A DNA stretch of 32,000 nucleotides from the sequence record MT074468.1, one strand, 5' to 3'. The DNA comes from Salmonella phage rutana. A model generated the notes under the pieces. The model saw only the letters and a list, made by a program, of their open reading frames with translations. It did not search any database and was not told the origin of the DNA. Positions 23,659 through 32,000 of the stretch are shown piece after piece; the stretch's first letter is position 1; each line of letters opens with the position of its first letter. Made by a program: the position numbers and the translations under genes.

Positions 23659-26600
23659 ATGACTGATAAGCTAATACGAGAACTACTTATAGATGTAAAG
23701 CAGAAAGGGGCAACCCGTACTGCAAAATCTATTGAGAACGTTTCCGATGCGTTAGAAAATGCTGCTGCCGCTTCCGAACTGACTAATGAGCAGTTAGGAA
23801 AAATGCCCAAAACTCTTTACTCCATTGAGAGGGCAGCGGATAGAGCAGCTAAAAGCCTAACTAAAATGCAGGCTAGCAGAGGTATGATGGGTATCACCAA
23901 ATCTATAGATAGTATTGGTGCTAAGTTAGATGACCTTGCTATTGCTATGATTGAGGTATCCGATAAGCTAGAGTCTGGATTTACACATGTTGGTAAATCT
24001 GTTAAGGCGATGGGTAACGATGTAGCTGCTGCAACTGAAAAAGTTCAAGATAGATTATACGATACAAACCGTGTTTTGTCGGGTACTACTAGAGGCTTCA
24101 ATGATACTACCACATCCGCAGGTCGTGCTAGTCGTGCTCTAGGTAATACATCTGGTTCTGCACGTGGTGCTACTCGTGACTTCGCAGCAATGGCTAAAGT
24201 TGGTGGTTCTCTACCTCTTATGTATGCTGCTATCGCATCTAACGTGTTCGTTCTACAATCTGCATTCGAACAACTTAAGATGGGTGACCAGTTAAACCGT
24301 CTGGAGAAGTTCGGTACTATTGTAGGTACTCAAACAGGTACTCCTGTACAAACTCTAGCTAGATCTCTACAAGAGGCTGCTGGTTATGCAATCTCCTTCG
24401 AAGAAGCAATGAGACAGGCATCCTCTGCTTCTGCATATGGATTCGATGCTGAACAACTTAATAAATTTGGTCTAGTAGCTCGTCGTGCTGCTGCTGTTCT
24501 TGGTGTTGATATGACTGATGCACTTAACCGTGTAATCAAGGGCGTATCTAAACAAGAAATCGAACTTCTGGACGAACTTGGTGTTACTATTCGTCTTAAC
24601 GATGCTTACGCAGACTACGTTAAACAGTTAAATGCTGCTAACACAGGTATTACATATAACGTTAATAGTCTCTCTACTTTCCAGAAGCAACAAGCATATG
24701 CTAACGCAGTTATCGCTGAATCTACTAAACGTTTCGGCTATCTTGATGGTGTACTTCGTGCAACCCCCTGGGAACAGTTTGCTGCTAATGCTGATGCTGC
24801 ACTGAGAAAGGTTCAACAGGCTGCTGCTAAGTATTTAGGGCCAGTAATTGATTCTATCAACGCAGTGTTCTATACTTCTCAAGCATCTATCTCGGCCTCT
24901 GCTGCTAGAGCACAGGAAGAAACTAACCGCCAGATTGACCCAGCTAACGTTGGTGCTGTAGCTTTAAGTCTTTCCGCTTCTGAGGAAGGATATAATAAAG
25001 CTCTTGATATGTACAAAGAATCTCTAGAAAAGCGTAATAAGTTAAAAGCTGATCTAGATAAGCGTATGCAGCAAGCAGATGCATCTACAGCAGGGGCTAT
25101 TCGTTTAGTTGCTCAAGGTGCACCGGTAGGGTTAGCTGCAGGAGGTTTTGAAGTAGGAGGAGTTCGCATAGGATCTTCTGAAGAAAACCAGAAATTCATT
25201 GCAGATACTGCTGCATTAGCTCTCCAGGTAGAGCGTCTTGATAAGGAAGTAGAGGATTCAACTGGCAATCTTAATGCATGGAAATCGGCATACCAAGCTG
25301 CTGGTGCTGCGGCTGCTAAGGCTAACCCAGAATTCCAGAAGCAGATTAATCTGCAGAAGGATATGAATGACCCTGATGCGGTTTATGACTTTAACTCTGC
25401 AACCCTGAAAGGACTGATAGAACAGCAGAAAGCATATGATCAGGCTAAGAAAACTGCTAGTGATTTAGCTAACGATATCCAGAACATCGCTCAGAACACT
25501 AACACTGCGGCTAAAACTAGTGCATCCCTATCAGATACGATTAAGACTATTGAGTCTTTATCTGCTGGTACTGGTAAAAATGCTGATGAGTATGTTAAGA
25601 GCCTGAACTTAGGGTATAATACTCTTAGTGAGATGAAGACTGCTTCACAAGCTCTTGCTGGTTACGTAAAATTAACTGGTAATGAGACTAAGAATCAGTT
25701 AGAAGTTCAGCAGAAAATTGCAGAAGTATACAACCAGACTAAGGACAAAGAGAAAGCACAGGAAGCTGGTAGACGTCTGGAAATCCAACAGTTAGAAGAA
25801 CAGGAAGCAGCTCTTAAGCGTGTCCTAGAAACTAACAAGGGTAACAAAGCAATCGAAGGTGAGATAGCTAAGATTCAGTTAGAACGTATCAAGATCACTA
25901 ACCAGGGTATGGAAGCTCAGAAGAAGGTTAAGGACTATACTGATAAGATTCTTGGTGTTGATCGTGAAATCGCTCTCCTGAATAACCGTACTATGACAGA
26001 TACTCAGTATCGTTTAGCTCAGTTGAACCTTGAACTGACTGTCGAGAAAGAGAAGTACGCATGGTATACTAAACAGGCTGATAAGCAGAAAGAAGCAGAA
26101 CAGTCAAGACGTGCTCAGGCACAGATTGAACGTGAAATCTGGAAGTTCCGTCAGGATCAGCAGATGGAAATGGCTTCTGGACGTGAAAGAGCTCTTAATA
26201 TTTCACAGACTAGCAGAAACGTTACGGGGGAATCTCAGAGACTAACCGAACAGCAAGCTCTGTACCAAAGTTTACTGGAAATTACAAAAGGAAATGCACA
26301 AGCTCAGGAAGAGTATAAGCGTAAAATCCAAGAAACTTCGGCAGCTCTAGCACAGCTTAAGATGCAACGTGATGCTCAGATGCAGCAGCAAGTCACTTCT
26401 TCTGTTGGTGGTGTTTACACTCCAACAACTGGACTGGAAGGAGATGATAAAGCAAATATGGATATGCAGAATAGAATGGCATCCTATGACCAGGCTATTT
26501 CTAAGCTGTCTGAACTGAACTCCGAAGCAACTGCTGTAGCACAAAGCATGGGTAACCTAACTAATGCTATGATCCAGTTTTCACAAGGATCTCTGGATAC

Positions 26601-27366
26601 CACTTCTCTAGTAGCGGCTGGTATGCAAACTGTATCTTCAATGATTCAGTATAGTGTTGGTCAACAGGTAAGTGCTATTGATGCAGCTATTGCAGCAGAA
26701 CAGAAACGTGATGGTAAATCTGAGCAATCTAAAGCTAAGATCAAGAAGTTAGAGGCTGAAAAGCTCAAGATCCAGCAAGATGCGGCTAAGAAGCAAATCA
26801 TTATCCAGACGGCAGTAGCGGTGATGCAGGCAGCAACAGCTGTTCCGTATCCATTCTCTATTCCTCTGATGGTTGCGGCTGGTTTAGCAGGTGCTATGGC
26901 TCTTGCTCAAGCATCCTCTGCATCTGGTATGTCTTCTATTGGGGACTCTGGTGCTGAGACAGCTGGTTACTTAACTCTTGGAGAGCGCCAGAAGAACGTA
27001 GACGTTTCTATGTCGGCTAACGCAGGTGAGCTTTCTTATATTCGAGGAGATCAAGGGATTGGTAATGCTAACTCTTTCGTACCCCGTGCAGAAGGTGGTA
27101 ATATGTATCCTGGAGTTAGTTACCAGATGGGTGAACATGGTACCGAAGTAATCACTCCTATGGTTCCGATGAAGGCTACTCCTACTGATGAACTCAAAGG
27201 ATCTTCAAAGGGTACATCGGGTAGACCTATTGTGCTGAACATCAGTACGATGGATGCGGCTAGCTTCCGAGACTTTGCTTCGAGCAACAGTGCTGCTTTC
27301 ATGGATGCCGTGGAACAGGCTCTTAATGAGAATGGAACCACCCTGAAATCGCTTGGTAATTCTTAA
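23659..27366 (+). CDS. Tape measure protein (pb2-like), 1235 aa
   Basis: Very long, Ala/Gln/Lys-rich coiled-coil protein with hydrophobic segments downstream of chaperones. Confidence 0.9.
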   Translation: MTDKLIRELLIDVKQKGATRTAKSIENVSDALENAAAASELTNEQLGKMPKTLYSIERAADRAAKSLTKMQASRGMMGITKSIDSIGAKLDDLAIAMIEVSDKLESGFTHVGKSVKAMGNDVAAATEKVQDRLYDTNRVLSGTTRGFNDTTTSAGRASRALGNTSGSARGATRDFAAMAKVGGSLPLMYAAIASNVFVLQSAFEQLKMGDQLNRLEKFGTIVGTQTGTPVQTLARSLQEAAGYAISFEEAMRQASSASAYGFDAEQLNKFGLVARRAAAVLGVDMTDALNRVIKGVSKQEIELLDELGVTIRLNDAYADYVKQLNAANTGITYNVNSLSTFQKQQAYANAVIAESTKRFGYLDGVLRATPWEQFAANADAALRKVQQAAAKYLGPVIDSINAVFYTSQASISASAARAQEETNRQIDPANVGAVALSLSASEEGYNKALDMYKESLEKRNKLKADLDKRMQQADASTAGAIRLVAQGAPVGLAAGGFEVGGVRIGSSEENQKFIADTAALALQVERLDKEVEDSTGNLNAWKSAYQAAGAAAAKANPEFQKQINLQKDMNDPDAVYDFNSATLKGLIEQQKAYDQAKKTASDLANDIQNIAQNTNTAAKTSASLSDTIKTIESLSAGTGKNADEYVKSLNLGYNTLSEMKTASQALAGYVKLTGNETKNQLEVQQKIAEVYNQTKDKEKAQEAGRRLEIQQLEEQEAALKRVLETNKGNKAIEGEIAKIQLERIKITNQGMEAQKKVKDYTDKILGVDREIALLNNRTMTDTQYRLAQLNLELTVEKEKYAWYTKQADKQKEAEQSRRAQAQIEREIWKFRQDQQMEMASGRERALNISQTSRNVTGESQRLTEQQALYQSLLEITKGNAQAQEEYKRKIQETSAALAQLKMQRDAQMQQQVTSSVGGVYTPTTGLEGDDKANMDMQNRMASYDQAISKLSELNSEATAVAQSMGNLTNAMIQFSQGSLDTTSLVAAGMQTVSSMIQYSVGQQVSAIDAAIAAEQKRDGKSEQSKAKIKKLEAEKLKIQQDAAKKQIIIQTAVAVMQAATAVPYPFSIPLMVAAGLAGAMALAQASSASGMSSIGDSGAETAGYLTLGERQKNVDVSMSANAGELSYIRGDQGIGNANSFVPRAEGGNMYPGVSYQMGEHGTEVITPMVPMKATPTDELKGSSKGTSGRPIVLNISTMDAASFRDFASSNSAAFMDAVEQALNENGTTLKSLGNS

Positions 27367-27373
27367 TACTGGA

Positions 27374-27397
27374 GGAGGACTTTATGTCCTCCTTTTC
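27374..27397 (+). terminator. Rho-independent terminator GGAGGAC-TTTAT-GTCCTCC-TTTTT
   Basis: 7-bp stem plus T5 immediately after tape measure stop. Confidence 0.9.
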
Positions 27398-27419
27398 TTT
27401 ATGGAAAAATAAAAATTTC

Positions 27420-27448
27420 TTGATAAAATTTTCCAATCCTATTATAAT
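27420..27448 (+). promoter_or_regulatory. Sigma70-like promoter TTGATA-N17-TATAAT
   Basis: 5/6 and 6/6 hexamers, 17-nt spacer, between terminator and pb9-like gene. Confidence 0.7.
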
Positions 27449-27474
27449 ATTGTTATTAAGAGGAGAAATTAACT

Positions 27475-28089
27475 ATGAGACTACCAGACCCATACACGAA
27501 CCCAGAGCTATCAGGGTTAGGTTTTGAAAGCGTTAACTTAGTAGACAATGACCCTATGATTCGTGATGAATTACCTAATGGTAAAGTTAGGGAGGTTAAG
27601 GTGTCTGCTCAATATTGGGGTATTAATATCTCTTATCCAGAATTATTCCCAGATGAATTTGCTAAATTAGACTCATTCATTCTAGATTATAAAAGAACAG
27701 GTAGCTATATTGATGTGTTATTACCACAATATGAAGCTTTCCGAGTTCGTGGTGATACTAGTGCTGTAAATATTCCTGCTGGACAAAAAGGTTCAACAGT
27801 TATTATGGACACTAAAGGTACACTTCGTGGACTGCCTAAACCAGGCGATTTATTTAAATTGTCCAACCATCCAAAAGTGTACAAAATCACTTCTATCAAC
27901 ACAGCAGGAAATACTTGGAATATAAGTGTTTATCCTGATCTATTCATTACTACTACGGGTAGTGAGAAACCGGTATTTAATGGTATTCTGTTTAGAACTA
28001 AATTAATGAACGGAGACAGTTTTGGCTCTACGTTAAATAGTAATGGTACATATACTGGTATTTCACTTTCCTTGAGGGAAAGTCTATGA
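27475..28089 (+). CDS. Distal tail protein (pb9-like), 204 aa
   Basis: Same length as T5 pb9 and same position. Confidence 0.75.
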   Translation: MRLPDPYTNPELSGLGFESVNLVDNDPMIRDELPNGKVREVKVSAQYWGINISYPELFPDEFAKLDSFILDYKRTGSYIDVLLPQYEAFRVRGDTSAVNIPAGQKGSTVIMDTKGTLRGLPKPGDLFKLSNHPKVYKITSINTAGNTWNISVYPDLFITTTGSEKPVFNGILFRTKLMNGDSFGSTLNSNGTYTGISLSLRESL

Positions 28090-30935
28090 AGAAAATTCTT
28101 GATAGTGCAAGAGAGTATCTAAGAACCAATAATAAAATAAAAACTGCATGCCTTATTACTCTTGAATTGCCAAGCTCTACCGGATCAAGTTCTGCGTACA
28201 TTTATCTTACAGACTATTTTAGGGATGTAATTTATAATGGTATTCTTTACACATCCGGTAAAGTTAAGTCTATAACAACACATAAACAAAATAGAAAACT
28301 TTCCATTGGTAGCCTTTCTTTTACTATCACAGGTACTGCTGAGGATGAAGTATTAAAACTAGTCCAAAATGGTGTATCCTTCCTAGATAGATCTATTTCA
28401 ATCCATCAAGCGGTTATTGATGAAGAAGGTAACATTCTTCCTGTAGATCCAGACACTAATGGTCCTTTACTTTACTTCCGTGGTAAAATTACTGGTGGTG
28501 GTATTAAGGATAACATTGGTACTTCTGGAGTTAGTACATCCGTTATTACATGGAACTGTTCAAACCAATTCTACGACTTTGATAGAGTAAATGGACGTTT
28601 CACAGATGATGCTGACCATAGGGGGCTTGAGATTGTTGCCGGCCAATTAGTTCCGTCTAATGGTGCTAAGCGACCTGAATATCAAGAAGACTACGGGTTC
28701 TTCCACGCTAATAAGAGTATCTCTATTCTTGCTAAGTATCAGGTTCAGGAAGAACGTTATAAGTTACAATCTAAGAAAAAATTATTTGGTCTTTCTAGAA
28801 GCTATAGTCTAAAGAAATACTATGAGACTGTAACTAAGGAAGTAGATCTTGATTTTAACTTAGCTGCTAAATTCCTGCCAGTAGTATATGGAGTTCAGAA
28901 AATTCCTGGAATCCCAGTATTTGCAGATACTGAACTGCATAATCCTAATATCGTATATGTAGTATACGCTTTCTGTGAGGGTGAGATTGATGGGTTCCTA
29001 GATTTTTACTTTGGTGATGTACCAATGATCTGTATTGATCCTAATGATAGTAAGTCTCGTACTTGCTTTGGTACTAAGAAAGTAGCTGGTGATACCATGC
29101 AACGTATTGCTTCTGGTCAACCAAGCTCTGAACCTTCTATTCATGGGCAGGAATATAAGTATAATGATGGTAATGGTGATATCCGTATCTGGACTTATCA
29201 TGGTAAGGCTGATCAATCTGCTGCTGATGTTCTAGTTAACATTGCAAAAGAGAAAGGTTTCTATTTACAGAACATGAATGAGAATGGACCGGAATACTGG
29301 GACTCTCGTTATAAACTGTTAGATACTGCTTATGCTATAGTTCGCTTTACTATTAATGAAAACAGAACAGAAATTCCAGAAGTTAGTGCAGAAGTTCAAG
29401 GTAAGAAGATTAAGATCTATCATTCAGATGGTAGAGTAACTGCTGATAAGACTAGCTTAAATGGTATCTGGCAAACTCTGGACTACCTAACCTCTGATCG
29501 CTATGGTGCTAATATCACTATCGATCAGTTCCCTCTCCAGCAACTTATTCAAGAAGCCGCTATTCTGGATATCATTGATGAATCCTATCAGGTTTCTTGG
29601 CAACCCTATTGGAGATACGTTGGATGGACTGATGCTGTAGGAGATAATAGACAAATAGTCCAAATGAACACTATTCTGGATACCTCTGAGTCAGTATTTA
29701 AAAATGTTCAGGGATTAATAGAGTCTTACGGTGGTGCTATCAACAACTTATCTGGACAGTATAGGATAACTGTTGAGAAGTTCTCAAATACTCCACTAGA
29801 GATTGACTTCTTAGATACCTACGGTGATCTGGAGCTGTCAGATACTACGGGCAGAAATAAGTTCAACTCAGTACAAGCCTCCATATTAGACCCTGCATTA
29901 AGCTGGAAAACTAACTCCATTACATTCTTTAACTCTATATTTAAAGAACAAGATAAAGGATTAGATAAAAAACTTCAGCTTTCTTTTGCAAACATCACTA
30001 ACTATTATACTGCACGTAGCTTTGCAGATAGAGAACTGAAAAAATCTCGTTACTCACGAACTCTCACCTTCTCATTACCATATCATTTCATAGGTATTGA
30101 GCCTAACGATCCAGTTGCTTTTACATATGGTCGTTATGGTTGGGATAAGAAATACTTCCTAGTTGATGAAGTTGAAAACTCTAGAGAAGGTAAGATTAAT
30201 ATTACACTGCAAGAGTATGGTGAGGATGTATTCATTAACTCCGAGCAGGTTGATAATAGTGGTAACGATATCCCTGATGTTAGTAATAACGTACTGCCTC
30301 CTAGAGACTTTATGTACATACCAACACCGGGTGGACAAGTAGGATCTATTGGTAAGAATGGTGAGCTATCTTGGCTTCCTAGCTTAACTAATAACGTTGT
30401 TTATTACTCCATCGTTCATTCTGGACATGCTGATCCTTATATCGTACAGCAACTAGAAACTAATCCAAATCTACGAATGATCCAAGAAATTATTGGAGAA
30501 CCTGCTGGTTTAGCAGTCTTTGAGATTAGAGCTGTAGATATTAATGGTAGACGAAGTTCTCCTGTAACACTATCGGTAGAACTTAACTCTGCTAAAAACT
30601 TAAGCGTCGTTAGTAATTTCAGGGTTACTAACACAGCTTCAGGAGATGCATCGGAATTTGTAGGACCAGACGTTAAGTTGGCCTGGGATAGAATTCCAGA
30701 AGAAGATATCATTGATGGAATCTTCTACACTCTCGAAATCTACGATAACCTAGATCGTTTATTAAGAAGTGTACGAATTGAAGATCAGTATGTCTACGAT
30801 TATCTACTGATATACAATAAGGCAGACTATGCTCTTCATAACGAGGATGCTCTAGGTATTAATAGGAAGTTACGCTTCCGTATAAGAGCAGAAGGTGATA
30901 ATGGCGAGCAATCTGTGGATTGGGCATCTATTTAA
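28086..30935 (+). CDS. Baseplate hub / tail tip protein (pb3-like), 949 aa
   Basis: Same length as T5 pb3; gpJ-like hub content with fibronectin-like region at the C-terminus. Confidence 0.85.
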   Translation: MKKILDSAREYLRTNNKIKTACLITLELPSSTGSSSAYIYLTDYFRDVIYNGILYTSGKVKSITTHKQNRKLSIGSLSFTITGTAEDEVLKLVQNGVSFLDRSISIHQAVIDEEGNILPVDPDTNGPLLYFRGKITGGGIKDNIGTSGVSTSVITWNCSNQFYDFDRVNGRFTDDADHRGLEIVAGQLVPSNGAKRPEYQEDYGFFHANKSISILAKYQVQEERYKLQSKKKLFGLSRSYSLKKYYETVTKEVDLDFNLAAKFLPVVYGVQKIPGIPVFADTELHNPNIVYVVYAFCEGEIDGFLDFYFGDVPMICIDPNDSKSRTCFGTKKVAGDTMQRIASGQPSSEPSIHGQEYKYNDGNGDIRIWTYHGKADQSAADVLVNIAKEKGFYLQNMNENGPEYWDSRYKLLDTAYAIVRFTINENRTEIPEVSAEVQGKKIKIYHSDGRVTADKTSLNGIWQTLDYLTSDRYGANITIDQFPLQQLIQEAAILDIIDESYQVSWQPYWRYVGWTDAVGDNRQIVQMNTILDTSESVFKNVQGLIESYGGAINNLSGQYRITVEKFSNTPLEIDFLDTYGDLELSDTTGRNKFNSVQASILDPALSWKTNSITFFNSIFKEQDKGLDKKLQLSFANITNYYTARSFADRELKKSRYSRTLTFSLPYHFIGIEPNDPVAFTYGRYGWDKKYFLVDEVENSREGKINITLQEYGEDVFINSEQVDNSGNDIPDVSNNVLPPRDFMYIPTPGGQVGSIGKNGELSWLPSLTNNVVYYSIVHSGHADPYIVQQLETNPNLRMIQEIIGEPAGLAVFEIRAVDINGRRSSPVTLSVELNSAKNLSVVSNFRVTNTASGDASEFVGPDVKLAWDRIPEEDIIDGIFYTLEIYDNLDRLLRSVRIEDQYVYDYLLIYNKADYALHNEDALGINRKLRFRIRAEGDNGEQSVDWASI

Positions 30936-32000
30936 ATGATTTCGAATAATGCACCAGCCAAGATGGTCTTAAATAGTATTATGACTGGATATACTATGGC
31001 GTATATCCAGCATTCTATCTATACCGACTACGATGTTATCGGTAGATCATTCTGGCTTAAACTTGGCGAAGAAGTGGATAGAAGAGATTTCACTGGAATC
31101 GACACTTTCTTTGTTATGATCAATAACTTAACTCCCTCAACTACCTATCAGGTTCAGGGAGCTTTTTATGACTCAATTATTGACTCAGAACTTTTAAATG
31201 CAAAAATTGGTATTAACCTCTCTAATGAAACTAACTTTAAAACAAAAGAGAAGCCAATAATTGTTACAGCAAGGTCTGAGTCAGAACCAGTGGATGTTGG
31301 GGTGGGCGCACCGATAGTTGTTGTGGAAACTACTGGTGAAGCAAGTTACTGTACTATTGAGTTAAAAAGTACAGCCACGGAAGATAGTCCTTGGACTAAG
31401 TATTACATTGGGGCTTTAGGTTCTACTATTAAATTTGGTGGAGTTCCTATAGGAGATTATAAGATCAGAATATCTGGTCAAGTAACTATGCCTGATGGTG
31501 TTACAGTTGATTCTTCTGGTTACTATGAGTTCCCTAATATTCTAACTGTAGCTTATAATTTTGTTCCTCCTACTGCACCTATCGATATTGTTTTTAAAGC
31601 TGCACGAATTGCTGATGGTAAAGAACGATATGATGTTAGAATTGAGTGGGATTGGGAACGCGGTGCTGGTGCTAACGTTCGTGAGTTCTTGGTTACTTAT
31701 ATAAATTCCGAGGAATACGCTAAGACTGGCTGGGCTAAAGCGCAAAAGATAAACGTGGGCGCTGCTAGAGCTGCAACAATTATATCATTCCCATGGAGAG
31801 TTGAACATACGTTTAAGGTATCATCAATTGCCTGGGGACCAAATAAACAAGATATAACCGAGTCAGCTCCTGTAACATTTATTCTGAATGAAGATACTCC
31901 TCTAGATAATAGTTTTGTCAATGAGACGGGTATTGATGTTAACTATGCCTTTATTAAAGGCAGCATGAAAGATGGGGAAATCTGGAGACAAACATTCCTA
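30936..32000 (+). CDS. Tail fiber / baseplate protein (pb4-like), truncated at window end (not in supplied ORF track)
   Basis: ATG immediately after the pb3 stop (TAAATG); I translated ~130 codons without a stop and the rest appears open to base 32000. Confidence 0.7.
   Translation, partial: MISNNAPAKMVLNSIMTGYTMAYIQHSIYTDYDVIGRSFWLKLGEEVDRRDFTGIDTFFVMINNLTPSTTYQVQGAFYDSIIDSELLNAKIGINLSNETNFKTKEKPIIVTARSESEPVDVGVGAPIVVVETTGEASYCTIELKSTATEDSPWTKYYIGALGSTIKFGGVPIGDYKIRISGQVTMPDGVTVDSSGYYEFPNILTVAYNFVPPTAPIDIVFKAARIADGKERYDVRIEWDWERGAGANVREFLVTYINSEEYAKTGWAKAQKINVGAARAATIISFPWRVEHTFKVSSIAWGPNKQDITESAPVTFILNEDTPLDNSFVNETGIDVNYAFIKGSMKDGEIWRQTFL

Noticed and set aside
1-32000. CRISPR array, tRNA or rRNA genes
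   Set aside because: No regularly spaced repeats and no tRNA cloverleaf or CCA-ending pattern noticed by eye; a tRNAscan-SE/Infernal run would be decisive.

Overview
The window reads as part of a T5-like siphophage genome (Demerecviridae-type). It is shown reverse-complemented relative to the usual T5 map, as far as I can judge from gene content and order. Bases 1 to ~9.3 kb look like the pre-early / first-step-transfer module. It has a leftward operon of small unknown genes (~0.34-3.55 kb), a ~1 kb non-coding block with DnaA boxes, LexA-like palindromes and duplicated repeats, and a rightward operon containing A2-like, A1-like and dmp-like (HAD phosphatase) genes. A cluster of tiny, overlapping, mostly membrane-anchored ORFs (9.36-10.29 kb, minus strand) and an Llp-like lipoprotein gene come next. 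They are followed by a pb5-like receptor-binding protein and the morphogenesis run: TerS, TerL, HNH protein, portal, pb10 decoration, protease, pb8 capsid, head-tail joining, pb6 tail tube, tape-measure chaperones with a probable +1 frameshift, pb2 tape measure, pb9, pb3, and a truncated pb4. The most interesting signals outside annotated genes are: a 19/20 match to the LexA SOS box at 175-194 with a second LexA-like site near 3.8 kb; a duplicated regulatory block (29/30 repeat plus DnaA boxes) flanking the leftward operon; a ~39-bp imperfect inverted repeat with a boxA-like sequence flanking a 69-aa basic ORF; a family of strong intergenic palindromes including an exact 26-nt repeat; a coupled micro-membrane-protein cluster next to llp; and a +1 frameshift candidate in the tail-assembly chaperone region. 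All homology statements are from memory of T5 proteins and motifs; no database search was run.
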